From the NCBI GenBank assembly GCA_044376115.1, contig JBILLK010000016.1:96001-160000 (forward strand): a DNA stretch of 64,000 nt. Direction: 5' to 3'. Made by a program: the position numbers and the translations under genes. Below, piece after piece: positions 1 to 9,392 of this stretch; position 1 is the first letter of the stretch; every line of letters begins with the position of its first letter. The notes beneath the pieces were generated by a model that saw nothing but the letters and a program-made list of their open reading frames with translations, searched no databases and had not been told where the DNA came from. Source of the DNA: Polyangiaceae bacterium. GTDB lineage: Bacteria; Myxococcota_A; Polyangia; Polyangiales; Polyangiaceae.

Positions 1-1512
1 CCCCATCGGATTCGGATCGTAGCTCACGAGCAGGTTCTTGGTCTGTTGGTAGTGCGCCAGCATCATCTCGTGGTTCTCACGCCCAATGCCCGACTGCTTG
101 TAGCCACCGAAGGCCGCGTGCGCCGGATACAAGTGGTAGCAGTTGGTCCACACACGGCCAGCCTGAATCGCGCGACCCGCGCGGTAGGCGGTGTTCATGT
201 CGCGCGTCCAAACGCCCGCCCCAAGGCCGTACAGCGAGTCGTTGGCGATCGAGATCGCCTGGTCGAAGTCTTTGAAGGTGGTGGTCGAAACGACCGGCCC
301 GAAGATCTCCTCTTGGAAGATGCGCATGTTGTTCTGCCCGGCGAAAACGGTGGGCTCCACGTAGTAGCCGCCAGCAAGATCGCCGGAGAGCTGGGCGCGC
401 GCTCCGCCCGTGAGCACCTTCGCGCCCTCTTTCTTGCCGAGCTCGATGTAGCTGAGGATCTTCTCCAGCTGATCGTTCGAGGCTTGGGCGCCAACGCTGG
501 TCTTCGGATCCAGCGGGTTACCCGGCATGTGGTTCTTGGTCCGCGCCAAGGCTCGCTCGAGGAACTCGGCGGCGATGCTCTCTTGAATCAGCGCGCGCGA
601 AGGGCAGGTGCAAACCTCGCCTTGGTTGAGCGCGAACATGTTGAAGCCCTCGAGCGCCTTCTCGACGAAGCTGTCTTTCTTCGCGAGCACGTCCTCAAAG
701 AAAATGTTGGGCGACTTGCCGCCGAGCTCGAGCGTCACCGGGATCAAGTTCTCGGAGGCGTATTGCATGATCAAACGGCCGGTCGTGGTCTCGCCGGTGA
801 ACGCGATCTTCGAGATGCGCTTGCTCGATGCGAGCGGCTTTCCAGCCTCGATGCCGAAGCCGTTGACGACGTTGACGACACCGGCGGGCAGCAGATCGCC
901 GATCAGCTCCATCAGTACCAAGATCGACGCGGGCGTTTGCTCCGCAGGCTTGAGCACCACGCAGTTGCCGGCCGCGAGCGCCGGCGCGAGCTTCCACGTC
1001 GCCATCAGGAGCGGGAAGTTCCAGGGGATGATCTGGCCAACGACGCCGAGCGGCTCGTGAAAGTGATAGGCGATGGTGTTGTCGTCGAGCTGCGAGGTGC
1101 GCCCTTCTTGGGCGCGAATGCAGCCAGCGAAGTAGCGGAAGTGGTCGACCGTCAGCGGCAAGTCTGCGGCCAGCGTCTCGCGCACCGGCTTGCCGTTGTC
1201 CCACGTCTCAGCGACCGCCAACATCTCCAGGTTTTGCTCGATGCGATCGGCGATCTTGTTGAGCAGGATGGCCCGATCACCCGCCGAGACTTTGCCCCAC
1301 GACCCCTTCGCAGCGTGCGCTGCATCGAGGGCTGACTCGATGTCTTCAGCCGTGGAGCGCGGGATCTCGCAGAAGGGGCGGCCGGTCACCGGCGTAACGT
1401 TCTCGAAGTATTGGCCTTTGGCCGGCTCTTTCCATTGTCCGCCGATGAAGTTGGCGTAGCGGCTCTTGAACTGGACCTTGGAACCGCTCTGATTCGGGGG
1501 GACGTAAACCAT
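1..1512 (-). CDS. aldB: NAD-dependent aldehyde dehydrogenase, AldB/AcoD/ExaC type; 3' end runs off the window
   Basis: Absent from ORF track; manual translation from ATG at 1512: [27 protein letters not shown]...IIPWNFP...FTGET...LELGGKSP...NQGEVCTC...EEIFGP...[39 protein letters not shown] 5 nt upstream. Confidence 0.93.
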   Translation of the reverse strand, partial: MVYVPPNQSGSKVQFKSRYANFIGGQWKEPAKGQYFENVTPVTGRPFCEIPRSTAEDIESALDAAHAAKGSWGKVSAGDRAILLNKIADRIEQNLEMLAVAETWDNGKPVRETLAADLPLTVDHFRYFAGCIRAQEGRTSQLDDNTIAYHFHEPLGVVGQIIPWNFPLLMATWKLAPALAAGNCVVLKPAEQTPASILVLMELIGDLLPAGVVNVVNGFGIEAGKPLASSKRISKIAFTGETTTGRLIMQYASENLIPVTLELGGKSPNIFFEDVLAKKDSFVEKALEGFNMFALNQGEVCTCPSRALIQESIAAEFLERALARTKNHMPGNPLDPKTSVGAQASNDQLEKILSYIELGKKEGAKVLTGGARAQLSGDLAGGYYVEPTVFAGQNNMRIFQEEIFGPVVSTTTFKDFDQAISIANDSLYGLGAGVWTRDMNTAYRAGRAIQAGRVWTNCYHLYPAHAAFGGYKQSGIGRENHEMMLAHYQQTKNLLVSYDPNPMG

Positions 1513-1540
1513 GGAGACCTCCTGGGTGATGGCTCGCATG

Positions 1541-1556
1541 AGCAACCTCCAGGCCA
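1541..1556 (-). promoter_or_regulatory. sigma54 -24/-12 promoter of the aldehyde dehydrogenase gene
   Basis: Minus strand TGGCCTGGAGGTTGCT: GG-N10-GC spacing with TTGCT, 28 nt upstream of the start codon, next to a divergent sigma54 activator gene. Confidence 0.85.
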
Positions 1557-1748
1557 TGCCTGCGTCATCGCGAACATGACTTGAGATTCGACAAAATCGG
1601 CTGTTTTGGTGCTGTTCGCACGATCGGATCGCTTGCTCTGTACGCAAACAGCTGCGCCGAAACGGAACAACATGACGCGCTGCTCCGCGACCTGTTCGAA
1701 GCCAGCAAAGCGCTGACCGACTGACGTCTCCATGCGACAATCAGCCGG

Positions 1749-3575
1749 GTGCTAGTCCTGACCGAGCCGCAGCATGAGAGCGTACGTGAGCGTTGGGCTC
1801 GCGTCGCGAAGCTGGGCTTGCCGCGCGAGTCGGACGCCGATCCCGTGCTCACCTCGGAGCATGAACTGCTCACGAGGCGCGAAGGGCTGGTGGAGGTTTT
1901 TCGCGAGGAGCGCGAGATCCTTACCTCCTTCTCCGGCGAGCTATTGAGCGGGCCGCGCGTCGTGATCGTGGCCGACGCAGAAGGCGTGATTCTCTCGGCG
2001 CGCAGCCAATGGAATGAGGTGGACGGCTCCACCCGGATGCGGTTGGTCGAGGGAGCACACTGGGGCGAGTCGACGCGGGGTACCAACGCGATCGGCACCG
2101 CTGCGCTGGAGGGACGCGCAGTCGCTGTGGTCGGCGGCGCTCACTACGAGCTGCGCAACCGCGAGCTCTACTGCTACGCGACGCCGGTTCGTGACGCGTA
2201 CGGCGATGTCGTCGCGATCCTCGACGTCTCCGGCCCGCTCGCGCGGCATGACGAACGCATTGGCATCGCGGTGCAAGCCGCAGGTTTGGCGATGGAGCGC
2301 GCGCTGCGGTCGGTCGCCTTTGCGGACTCGCGCAGCGGCGCCCTGGCGACGATTGAGCGTCTGATTGAGCGCTCCTCCGACGCCTCCCTGCTCGTCGACG
2401 CGAGCGGCCTCGTGCGCGTGATGAACCGCAGCGCGCGCAAAGCGCTCGGGCTCGCGCCCAGCCTGCACCTCGCCTCCACGTTGACCTGCGAGCAGGTGTT
2501 CGGCGTCAAGTTCGCGCAGTTGATGAGCGGCGCCGGACGGGAGAACGCGCGCTTTGAGACGCAGACCGGGCTCTTCCGCGTCTCGATCGAACCGGTGTTG
2601 GGGCGAGCGGGGCGCCCACTTGCAGCGCTAGTTCGGCTCGAGCTGGAGCAGACGCCCGTTGCTCGCCCAACTGAGTCGGCCGCCTTCGCTCGCATCCTTG
2701 GTCAAGACCCGCTGATCCTGAAGGCCAAGACGTTGGCGGCCACCTTCGCGAAGACCCCGCTGCCCATCTTGCTTCTGGCGGAAACAGGGACCGGCAAAGA
2801 GCTGTTTGCGCGTGCGATCCACGCTGAGAGTGAGCGTCGCGAGAAGCCCTTCGTCGCGGTCAATTGTGGCGCGCTCGCGCCCGAGCTGATCGCCAGTGAG
2901 CTGTTCGGTGTGGCGCCCGGCGCGTTCACCGGTGCAGCTCGCGCGGGCAGCGAAGGGCGAATCGCGGCGGCGAACGGCGGAACGCTCTTTCTCGATGAGA
3001 TCGCTGAGATGCCTGCGGCGTTGCAGGCCTCGCTGCTGCGCGTGCTCGACGATGGCGTCTACCAAAGGGTCGGCGATACAAAGGACCGCAAAGCTGACTT
3101 CCGCCTCGTTTGCGCGACCTGTCGCGACTTGCCGGCGATGGTCGCCGACGGTCGCTTTCGCAAGGACCTCTTCTATCGCATCCACGGCGCCTGCGTGACG
3201 TTGCCGCCGCTGCGAGAGCGCGAAGATGTGGTCTGGCTCGCGCAAAAGCTGCTTGAGCCGCACGCACTCCTGCTCGCCGAGTCAGCCGCCGACTTCGTTC
3301 GTAGCCATGATTGGCCAGGCAACGTGCGCGAGCTGAAGAGCGCCATGGCGCATGCGGCCGCGCTCGCCAACGGCAGTGGCCATGTGAAACGTGAACAGCT
3401 ACCGGCCGTCCTCGTGCCCACGCAGCCCAAGCCAGCGCCACAAACTCGAGACGGCATCCTGCAACACGCCATTGAGGACGCGTTGCGCGCCTGCGGTGGC
3501 AACGTGAGTGAGGCTGCGCGGCGCCTTGGGGTGGGTCGCGGCACGGTCTATCGCGCCTTGCGCGGTCAAAAGTAA
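1749..3575 (+). CDS. GAF-domain sigma54-dependent transcriptional activator (AcoR-like)
   Basis: GAF signature GTNAIGTA, Walker A AETGTGKE, GAFTGA loop, LFLDEI, WPGNVREL, C-terminal Fis-type HTH (GNVSEAARRLGVGRGTVYR). Confidence 0.93.
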   Translation: MLVLTEPQHESVRERWARVAKLGLPRESDADPVLTSEHELLTRREGLVEVFREEREILTSFSGELLSGPRVVIVADAEGVILSARSQWNEVDGSTRMRLVEGAHWGESTRGTNAIGTAALEGRAVAVVGGAHYELRNRELYCYATPVRDAYGDVVAILDVSGPLARHDERIGIAVQAAGLAMERALRSVAFADSRSGALATIERLIERSSDASLLVDASGLVRVMNRSARKALGLAPSLHLASTLTCEQVFGVKFAQLMSGAGRENARFETQTGLFRVSIEPVLGRAGRPLAALVRLELEQTPVARPTESAAFARILGQDPLILKAKTLAATFAKTPLPILLLAETGTGKELFARAIHAESERREKPFVAVNCGALAPELIASELFGVAPGAFTGAARAGSEGRIAAANGGTLFLDEIAEMPAALQASLLRVLDDGVYQRVGDTKDRKADFRLVCATCRDLPAMVADGRFRKDLFYRIHGACVTLPPLREREDVVWLAQKLLEPHALLLAESAADFVRSHDWPGNVRELKSAMAHAAALANGSGHVKREQLPAVLVPTQPKPAPQTRDGILQHAIEDALRACGGNVSEAARRLGVGRGTVYRALRGQK

Positions 3576-3606
3576 CTTTGGCGCTTAGCTCGACCAAACA
3601 GCGGAC

Positions 3607-3658
3607 AAAAAAAAGCGCCTGCTCGACGGTTGGGGGGGGAGTCCGTCACAGGCGCTCG
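3607..3658 (-). ncRNA. Putative sigma54-dependent small RNA: single hairpin with C8 loop ending in an intrinsic terminator
   Basis: Minus strand CGAGCGCCUGUGACGGACUCCCCCCCCAACCGUCGAGCAGGCGCUUUUUUUU; stems AGCGCCUG/CAGGCGCU and GACGG/CCGUC; starts at the expected +1 of the sigma54 box at 3669-3684. Confidence 0.6.
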
Positions 3659-3668
3659 TGTTCTCCTT

Positions 3669-3684
3669 TGCAGCTCGTGTGCCA
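3669..3684 (-). promoter_or_regulatory. sigma54 -24/-12 promoter pointing into the hairpin
   Basis: Minus strand TGGCACACGAGCTGCA versus consensus TGGCAC-N5-TTGCW: exact -24 element, one mismatch in the -12 element, correct spacing. Confidence 0.72.
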
Positions 3685-3793
3685 TCGCATTCTTGCGCAG
3701 AATCGTGGGGCATCCGTTCGGACCACGTTTCAACGCTGAAAACGTGGTTGCAGCTTTGAAGGCGAACCGTTGGTCAGCAGCGATGTTGACCGG

Positions 3794-4669
3794 TCAAAAA
3801 CGCGCCCCAGCGGCGAGCCCGACCGTCGGGAGCTTTACGTACGAGGAGTAGATCTCGTCGAGCTTCTGATTGAGCGCGGCGTTCACCATGGTCAGGCCAG
3901 CCGTGGCGACGGCGTTGTTTGCAAGCTCGTCCGGAAGCTCGATCGAGGAGGACGACGCAACGGTTTGGACGTAGCCCAGCGATGCGCGCACCATGAAGTA
4001 GTCGGCGATCACCCAGCGCCATCCCAGCGCGACGTGGACGTTGTGCAGCGTCGAGTCGATCTGAATCTCACTGTCCGGGATTGCGGTTGGCAGCGCGGTG
4101 CCAGTCGCTGCTTCCACCGCGGTGCGAGCCGAGATGCCGCCACCGAGCGAAGCCAACGTGTAGCCGCCAAAGAACTCGAAGCCGTAGTCGGGGAAGGGGC
4201 GAAAGCCTGCTGAGAGCCGAACGACCAGCGAGTCTCCCAGGCCTTCGCGCACGAGCTCGGACGTTGCTTCATCGTACACGCCGGCGCCCGAGAGGCCGCT
4301 GTCGATGGCGTTGACCGAGAACTGCGGCAGCACGCCGAGCTCCCCTTGCACGAGGAAGCCGTACGGCAGCTCCAGCGTCGCCTGGCCGCCCAACATGATC
4401 GGGAGTTGCAACGAGAGGGCGAGATCGACGTGAACCTGTTCGGACTCCGACCCCGCGTCGCTGGGCAGTGAACCGCCGGCTGGCGTTGGTTCGGATGGCT
4501 CCGCGAGCGGAGCCTGCGCCGCTGTTGAGGAAGGTGCGATCGCGGACAACGGTGGCTCCGCGAGAGCCGCGCTGGGGCCAATCACGAGCAGCCAGACGAC
4601 GAGTAGACGTTGCACCAAGCGTTGAAAGCGTTGCTGCGAATCAGACCCGTCGTCGGCGCGAGTTGGCAT
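3794..4669 (-). CDS. Hypothetical exported protein, possible outer-membrane beta-barrel
   Basis: ATG at 4669 with AGGAG RBS; hydrophobic signal-like segment ending SAALA; alternating-hydrophobic strands and C-terminal Phe (VGLAAGARF). Confidence 0.55.
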   Translation of the reverse strand: MPTRADDGSDSQQRFQRLVQRLLVVWLLVIGPSAALAEPPLSAIAPSSTAAQAPLAEPSEPTPAGGSLPSDAGSESEQVHVDLALSLQLPIMLGGQATLELPYGFLVQGELGVLPQFSVNAIDSGLSGAGVYDEATSELVREGLGDSLVVRLSAGFRPFPDYGFEFFGGYTLASLGGGISARTAVEAATGTALPTAIPDSEIQIDSTLHNVHVALGWRWVIADYFMVRASLGYVQTVASSSSIELPDELANNAVATAGLTMVNAALNQKLDEIYSSYVKLPTVGLAAGARF

Positions 4670-4766
4670 GAAGGCTCCTGCTGCGTGGAACCTGTTCCCA
4701 CGCAACACGATCGATGCGCGCAACTTCGCAACGATTCACGCTGTAGGTGTTTTCACGCGCCCGCGG

Positions 4767-5585
4767 TCAGCGCACGATGCGCAGCTCTTTGCCCAGCCTG
4801 CCCAGATAAGTTGGGAACGGTACGATCTGACCGCGCTTGCGATCCTTCAAGCGGAAGCTTGGCCGAAAGTCCTTGTCGACGAGCTGCAACAAGCGCCCGC
4901 CGGCCACCAAGCGAAAGTCCTCCTCCGCGAGATCGCGAGGGCACGTCGGATCGCCGTCTTCGGCGAAGACGCGCAACATGTCGGCGATGTCAGCCCGCAG
5001 GAACTCTTCACTCAACCCGTACGCCTTGCCTGCGTCCAACATCTGAAGCTCGGTCAGTTGCCAAACGCGGTCCACCTGCTTGCCTCTCACGGCGCCGTCC
5101 AACGCGGCCAAGACCGCTCGTGCTTCCTCGCGCAAAGCGTCGTCGAGCGTGAGCACCGGCCAGCTCTCCCATTGCCACGGACCGAACGCGGAGCCCATCG
5201 TCACGGCGGAAGACACCGAGTACGGGAACGTCAGCTGGTTGGGCTTCGGCGCATCCCACTCGAAGGCCGCCTCGGCTAGCAACGTCCCACTCTCCGCAGT
5301 CCCTTCGTCTCCTTCTTTGAAGCGCAGCAGCCGAGCGACCGCGCGTATTTCTTTGCGTTCGACCAAGCGCGTTTCGCTGCGGGCCTTCGACGGCGTTGGG
5401 CCCGGCTCAACCAACAGCTCGAGTTGATTGTCCCCGCGTGTGAGCCACTGTTGCACCGCGATGTTCTCGCCGCCCATGGTCACGCCGTGAGCCAGCCGAA
5501 TCAGCGGCACCGAGTTCAAGTACAGCTCCGCCGCGCAGCCGTGGATCTCGAGCTGCGCCATCACCACTGAATCAGGGTCACTCAT
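4767..5585 (-). CDS. Hypothetical protein (272 aa)
   Basis: Globular-looking ORF 9 nt downstream of the 5595 gene; no motif I can name. Confidence 0.75.
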   Translation of the reverse strand: MSDPDSVVMAQLEIHGCAAELYLNSVPLIRLAHGVTMGGENIAVQQWLTRGDNQLELLVEPGPTPSKARSETRLVERKEIRAVARLLRFKEGDEGTAESGTLLAEAAFEWDAPKPNQLTFPYSVSSAVTMGSAFGPWQWESWPVLTLDDALREEARAVLAALDGAVRGKQVDRVWQLTELQMLDAGKAYGLSEEFLRADIADMLRVFAEDGDPTCPRDLAEEDFRLVAGGRLLQLVDKDFRPSFRLKDRKRGQIVPFPTYLGRLGKELRIVR

Positions 5586-5594
5586 GCCGGCACG

Positions 5595-7502
5595 TTAGAA
5601 CTTCTTGAGCGAAGTCCCGGGAAGGATTGTGTACGGGTCGATGGCTCGCGGTGAGGACCACCAGCCCGCAGAGACCGACGCAGTGAACACCAGCGGCTTG
5701 GTCTTGAGTTCACCGTGGAGCCCGAGATCGCGCGGAAGATCGACCACGAACTCGCCTTTGAACTCGAAGCCCGAGTTCACTTCACAACGCGCATCGGCGA
5801 CGGTGTAGCCAGCCGCGTATGCGGTGGCGTAAGGCGTGAGCGCCGCCAAACAATCACCGACGATCGGGAATTTGAAGGGCCCGTCGGGCCTACGCGGTCC
5901 CGGCCCTTGGGTAACGAACAGGTCCTTTTCAACGATGAGCTTGAAGGCGATGCTGCCCTCGATCTTCGCCACGAGGCCGGTCTTCCAGCGGTCCCCACCC
6001 ACCGAGAGATCGATCCCGAAGCTGAGCGCCAGCTTGAGGTTGATCACCTCCATGGCGATCTTGAACTTGAACTCCTTGTAAACGGGCCAATAGCGATCGT
6101 CGATGCTGGGAGCGTTCTTGGGCGTCCACTCGCAAACGACGTAGCCGGTGAGCACCTTGAGATCGAACTCGAACTTCCAGCCGACCTGCGGCAACTTGCG
6201 GAAGAAGTCCTTCACGCTTGCGATCGCGTCGCTCAGCGTGGTCACGCACATGAAGATCTGCGAGATCGGATCGGCGTGGTTGAAGTTGCTCAGGCCTGTA
6301 CGTGCTTGTTGGACGCCTTGCTTTGCACTTGCACCGCCCTGCTTGGCCTCTTTGCTCGCGTCGAACAGCTCGTTCGTGCCGATCTCGCGATCGTTGCGGG
6401 CAAACACCAGCTCGAGGCCAGAGGTCGGCGTCTCGAGCTTTGACTTCAGCTTCTCGAAGTTGACCTTGTCTTGGCGGCCCGAGCGCGTGTGGCGACGCAC
6501 GTCGAACTCGCGACCGAAGTCGCCGCGCGCGTCGGCGTAGTTCTGCCGCTCTGCGTGATGCTCGACGATCTGCTTTTTGCCGTCGTCGTACGTCTTGGTC
6601 GAGCCGCTTACGTTGCCGGTTACCTCGCGCTCATTGACGCGCTGATTGACGGTCTTGGTCGTCTTCTGGACGGTATCTCCGGTGACCATCCCCCGCGTCT
6701 TTTCCTTCGTGTAGTTGAACTTGCCGAAGGGCGGAATCTTTAGGCCAATGAGCCATTTGTCGCGTCGGTATACGCGCACGAGCGCGTTGAGGTCCTTGTT
6801 GATCGCCTTGGTCGAGCCCTTCTCTCGCTTGCCGCAGCCTTTGGCGACGATCTCGATCTCTTTGACCGGCGTTCGGAACAAGCTGATCACCCACTCGAAG
6901 AAGACGAACCAGCCGACACCCATCTTGGCGAAGTCGTAGTCGAAGGTGGCGCCGTACATCTTGATCGGCGCGTCGTAGGCGAGGTTGTTCACCTTGGCCC
7001 GATGCAGCACCACCGGGCTCTTGAAGTCTCTGCCGGCGGCCGTCTTGCTGACCACGCTAAGCCAGGGGTGTTGGTCCCCTTGGCAGTCAGGAGCGGTGAA
7101 GCCCGCTTGAACCTTGTTGATGGTGACGAAGTCACCTGGCTCTGGAGCAGTGAAGGACCTGGGCGTCTCGGCCGAGTTGAAGTCGGCGATCGTCTCGATC
7201 ACGAGATCGTAGGCGCCGAGGGCAGGGTCACGTGCAGGCTTGCCGGCAACGAGGATCTTGCGGTTGCGTTTTCGTTCCAGGGTCTGGGCGAAGATCGTGC
7301 GCTCCGTCGGCTCGTCGACACCGGTGCCGTCGTACTTGTGGATCACCTGGACGTTCAAGGTGTCGACGTCGCACGGCTTGGTGACGAGGTACGGGCACTG
7401 AGCTTTGGCCTGGGTCGCTTGTTGGTTCGGCGTGGTCGCAGGCGGCTTCGGCGGGGTACCGCTGGTCGCTACAGGCTTGCTCGGCTGTGTTCCCGTTCCC
7501 AT
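5595..7502 (-). CDS. Hypothetical protein (about 635 aa) with beta-rich C-terminus
   Basis: Long ORF with strong GC3 bias; ATG at 7502 has an AAGGAG RBS (ORF track starts at 7529); no signal peptide. Confidence 0.8.
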   Translation of the reverse strand: MGTGTQPSKPVATSGTPPKPPATTPNQQATQAKAQCPYLVTKPCDVDTLNVQVIHKYDGTGVDEPTERTIFAQTLERKRNRKILVAGKPARDPALGAYDLVIETIADFNSAETPRSFTAPEPGDFVTINKVQAGFTAPDCQGDQHPWLSVVSKTAAGRDFKSPVVLHRAKVNNLAYDAPIKMYGATFDYDFAKMGVGWFVFFEWVISLFRTPVKEIEIVAKGCGKREKGSTKAINKDLNALVRVYRRDKWLIGLKIPPFGKFNYTKEKTRGMVTGDTVQKTTKTVNQRVNEREVTGNVSGSTKTYDDGKKQIVEHHAERQNYADARGDFGREFDVRRHTRSGRQDKVNFEKLKSKLETPTSGLELVFARNDREIGTNELFDASKEAKQGGASAKQGVQQARTGLSNFNHADPISQIFMCVTTLSDAIASVKDFFRKLPQVGWKFEFDLKVLTGYVVCEWTPKNAPSIDDRYWPVYKEFKFKIAMEVINLKLALSFGIDLSVGGDRWKTGLVAKIEGSIAFKLIVEKDLFVTQGPGPRRPDGPFKFPIVGDCLAALTPYATAYAAGYTVADARCEVNSGFEFKGEFVVDLPRDLGLHGELKTKPLVFTASVSAGWWSSPRAIDPYTILPGTSLKKF

Positions 7503-7673
7503 CGTTGCTCCTTGCTGCGCGGCCGACACCTACCGCCGCCTGAGAATACATGCGCCGATTCGGCTTGGCCTCACGGCCGTTGAGCTAGGTCGAAGTTGCT
7601 CTGACATGTCGGCCGATCTGCGACTGCTTCTCCGTGTCCGCGGCCGAGGGACTCGGGTACAACCGTGCGTACG

Positions 7674-8894
7674 ATGGACGAGGGTTACCACAGGCGGCTG
7701 CTCATCTTTCTGAGCGTGGCTTCCTTCTTCGAGGGCTACGACTTTCTCGCGCTGGCGCAGCTCCTGCCGAATCTTCGGGCGCATTACAACCTGACGCCGG
7801 AGCAAGGAGGCCTGCTCGTGGCGGTGGTCAACGCCGGAACGATGGTCGCGTACCTGCTTGTGCGGCAGGCCGATCGTTGGGGACGCAAGCGCGTTCTAGC
7901 CCTCACCATCCTCGGCTACGCGGTCACCTCCTTCTTGTCGGGGTTTGCGCCCAACGCCTGGGTGTTCGGCTTTCTGCAGATGCTCGCTCGCGTCTTTCTG
8001 ATCGGCGAGTGGGCCGTCTCGATGGTGATCGCCGCCGAGGAGTTCCCCGCCGAAAAACGCGGCAGCGCGATGGGCATCATCCAGGCGGCCTCCACCCTGG
8101 GAGCGATCGCCTGCGCTGGGCTCGTACCGCTGTTGCTCAAGCTGCCTACCGGCTGGCGCAGCGTCTACTTCGTGAGCGCGGTGCCCTTGGCGCTTTTGGC
8201 GTTCGCACGTCGCAGCATGCGCGAAACCAAGCGATTCGAAACGCAGGTGGCCGCCGATCCAAGCGGGAGCAAGCTGAGCGGCTTCTTCGATATCTTGAAA
8301 GGCCCGCATCGCAAGCGCGTGCTGCTGGTCGCACTGGTTTGGGCGTTGACCTATATGTGCACCCAGAGCGCAGTCACCTTCTGGAAAGAGTTTGCCGTGG
8401 GAGAGCGCTCGATGACCGATGGTGACGTTGGCTTGGCCATCACCATCGCCGCCGTCGGCTCACTGCCGCTGGTGTTCTTGTCCGGGAAGCTGCTCGACAA
8501 GATCGGAAGGCGGCGCGGTTCACTGCTGATCTTCCTCGCGACCAGCGCGGGCACGGTGGGCGCGTACAACCTGCAGTCGAAGCTCTCACTGACGGTGGCT
8601 CTGGTGATCGCCATCTTCGGAACCACGGCGGTGCTGCAGGTATTGAACGCGTTCACGGCCGAGCTCTTTCCGACCGAGAACCGCGCCGACGCCTTCGCTT
8701 GGTGCAACAACCTGCTGGGCCGCATCGGCTATGTGCTCTCGCCCTATCTGGTGGGCGTGATCGCCGATAGCGCCGGCTGGGGCAAAGCGGTGAGTGTGAC
8801 AGCTGTGTTTCCGGTGTTGGCGCTGGTGCTGATTCTGCTCTTTTTCCCAGAGACCAAAGGCAAAGAGCTGGAGGAGACCGCCCTCGCGCATTAG
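7674..8894 (+). CDS. MFS transporter
   Basis: Motif A twice (ADRWGRK, LDKIGRR), FFEGYD, AELFPT.R, PETKG; about 12 hydrophobic segments. Confidence 0.93.
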   Translation: MDEGYHRRLLIFLSVASFFEGYDFLALAQLLPNLRAHYNLTPEQGGLLVAVVNAGTMVAYLLVRQADRWGRKRVLALTILGYAVTSFLSGFAPNAWVFGFLQMLARVFLIGEWAVSMVIAAEEFPAEKRGSAMGIIQAASTLGAIACAGLVPLLLKLPTGWRSVYFVSAVPLALLAFARRSMRETKRFETQVAADPSGSKLSGFFDILKGPHRKRVLLVALVWALTYMCTQSAVTFWKEFAVGERSMTDGDVGLAITIAAVGSLPLVFLSGKLLDKIGRRRGSLLIFLATSAGTVGAYNLQSKLSLTVALVIAIFGTTAVLQVLNAFTAELFPTENRADAFAWCNNLLGRIGYVLSPYLVGVIADSAGWGKAVSVTAVFPVLALVLILLFFPETKGKELEETALAH

Positions 8895-8924
8895 GCGCCG
8901 CGACGGCGCCTCGCACGGCTTCGC

Positions 8925-9392
8925 TCACTTGGCGAGATCGGCTTCGAGCCGGGCGTAGCTCGCCTCCATGCCGTGTTCCATCCCGGTGGCCAACATCGCC
9001 TCACGCGTCGCCGCGTCGGGCAAGGTCATGCGCATCGTCATCAGCGTGCCTTTCCCGCTCTTCTCGAAGGTGGTGACGACGTGGTTGTCCGGCGTTGCGT
9101 CCGGCAGGTGCATGCGCTCGATGTGCTCGATGCGACTGAAGGGCGTCAGCGCCACGAACTCCCCCGTAAGGTGGAAGCCGTTGCCCTGGCCGTCACTCCA
9201 TTCGTAGCGAATTTTACCGCCAGGCCGCGCATCCACTTGGCACACTGGCATGGTCCAACCGTCCGGCCCGAGCAGCCATTTCTGCAGCAGCGCAGGCTCC
9301 AGATGTGCGCGGTACACCGCCTCCGGCGGCGCGTTGAAGGTGCGGGTTGCGACCACGTGGGTATCCCCTTCGGTTTTCAGCGAGAGCTTCAT
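8925..9392 (-). CDS. SRPBCC/AHSA1-like domain protein
   Basis: TRTFNAPPEAVYRA...W.GP.GW....C.VDARPGG.R pattern; ATGA overlap with the ArsR gene. Confidence 0.9.
   Translation of the reverse strand: MKLSLKTEGDTHVVATRTFNAPPEAVYRAHLEPALLQKWLLGPDGWTMPVCQVDARPGGKIRYEWSDGQGNGFHLTGEFVALTPFSRIEHIERMHLPDATPDNHVVTTFEKSGKGTLMTMRMTLPDAATREAMLATGMEHGMEASYARLEADLAK

Noticed and set aside
46..1335. 429-aa plus-strand ORF
   Set aside because: Antisense shadow of the aldehyde dehydrogenase gene; no motifs; expected from GC3 bias.
3566..3649. Possible 27-codon GTG ORF on the minus strand through the C8 hairpin, with AAGGAG upstream
   Set aside because: The AAGGAG lies upstream of the predicted sigma54 +1 and 13 nt from the GTG, and the ORF crosses the U8 terminator.
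8893..8911. Hairpin AGGCGCCG-CGA-CGGCGCCT between convergent MFS and SRPBCC genes
   Set aside because: No U-tract on either strand and no second copy noticed; not called as terminator or REP.
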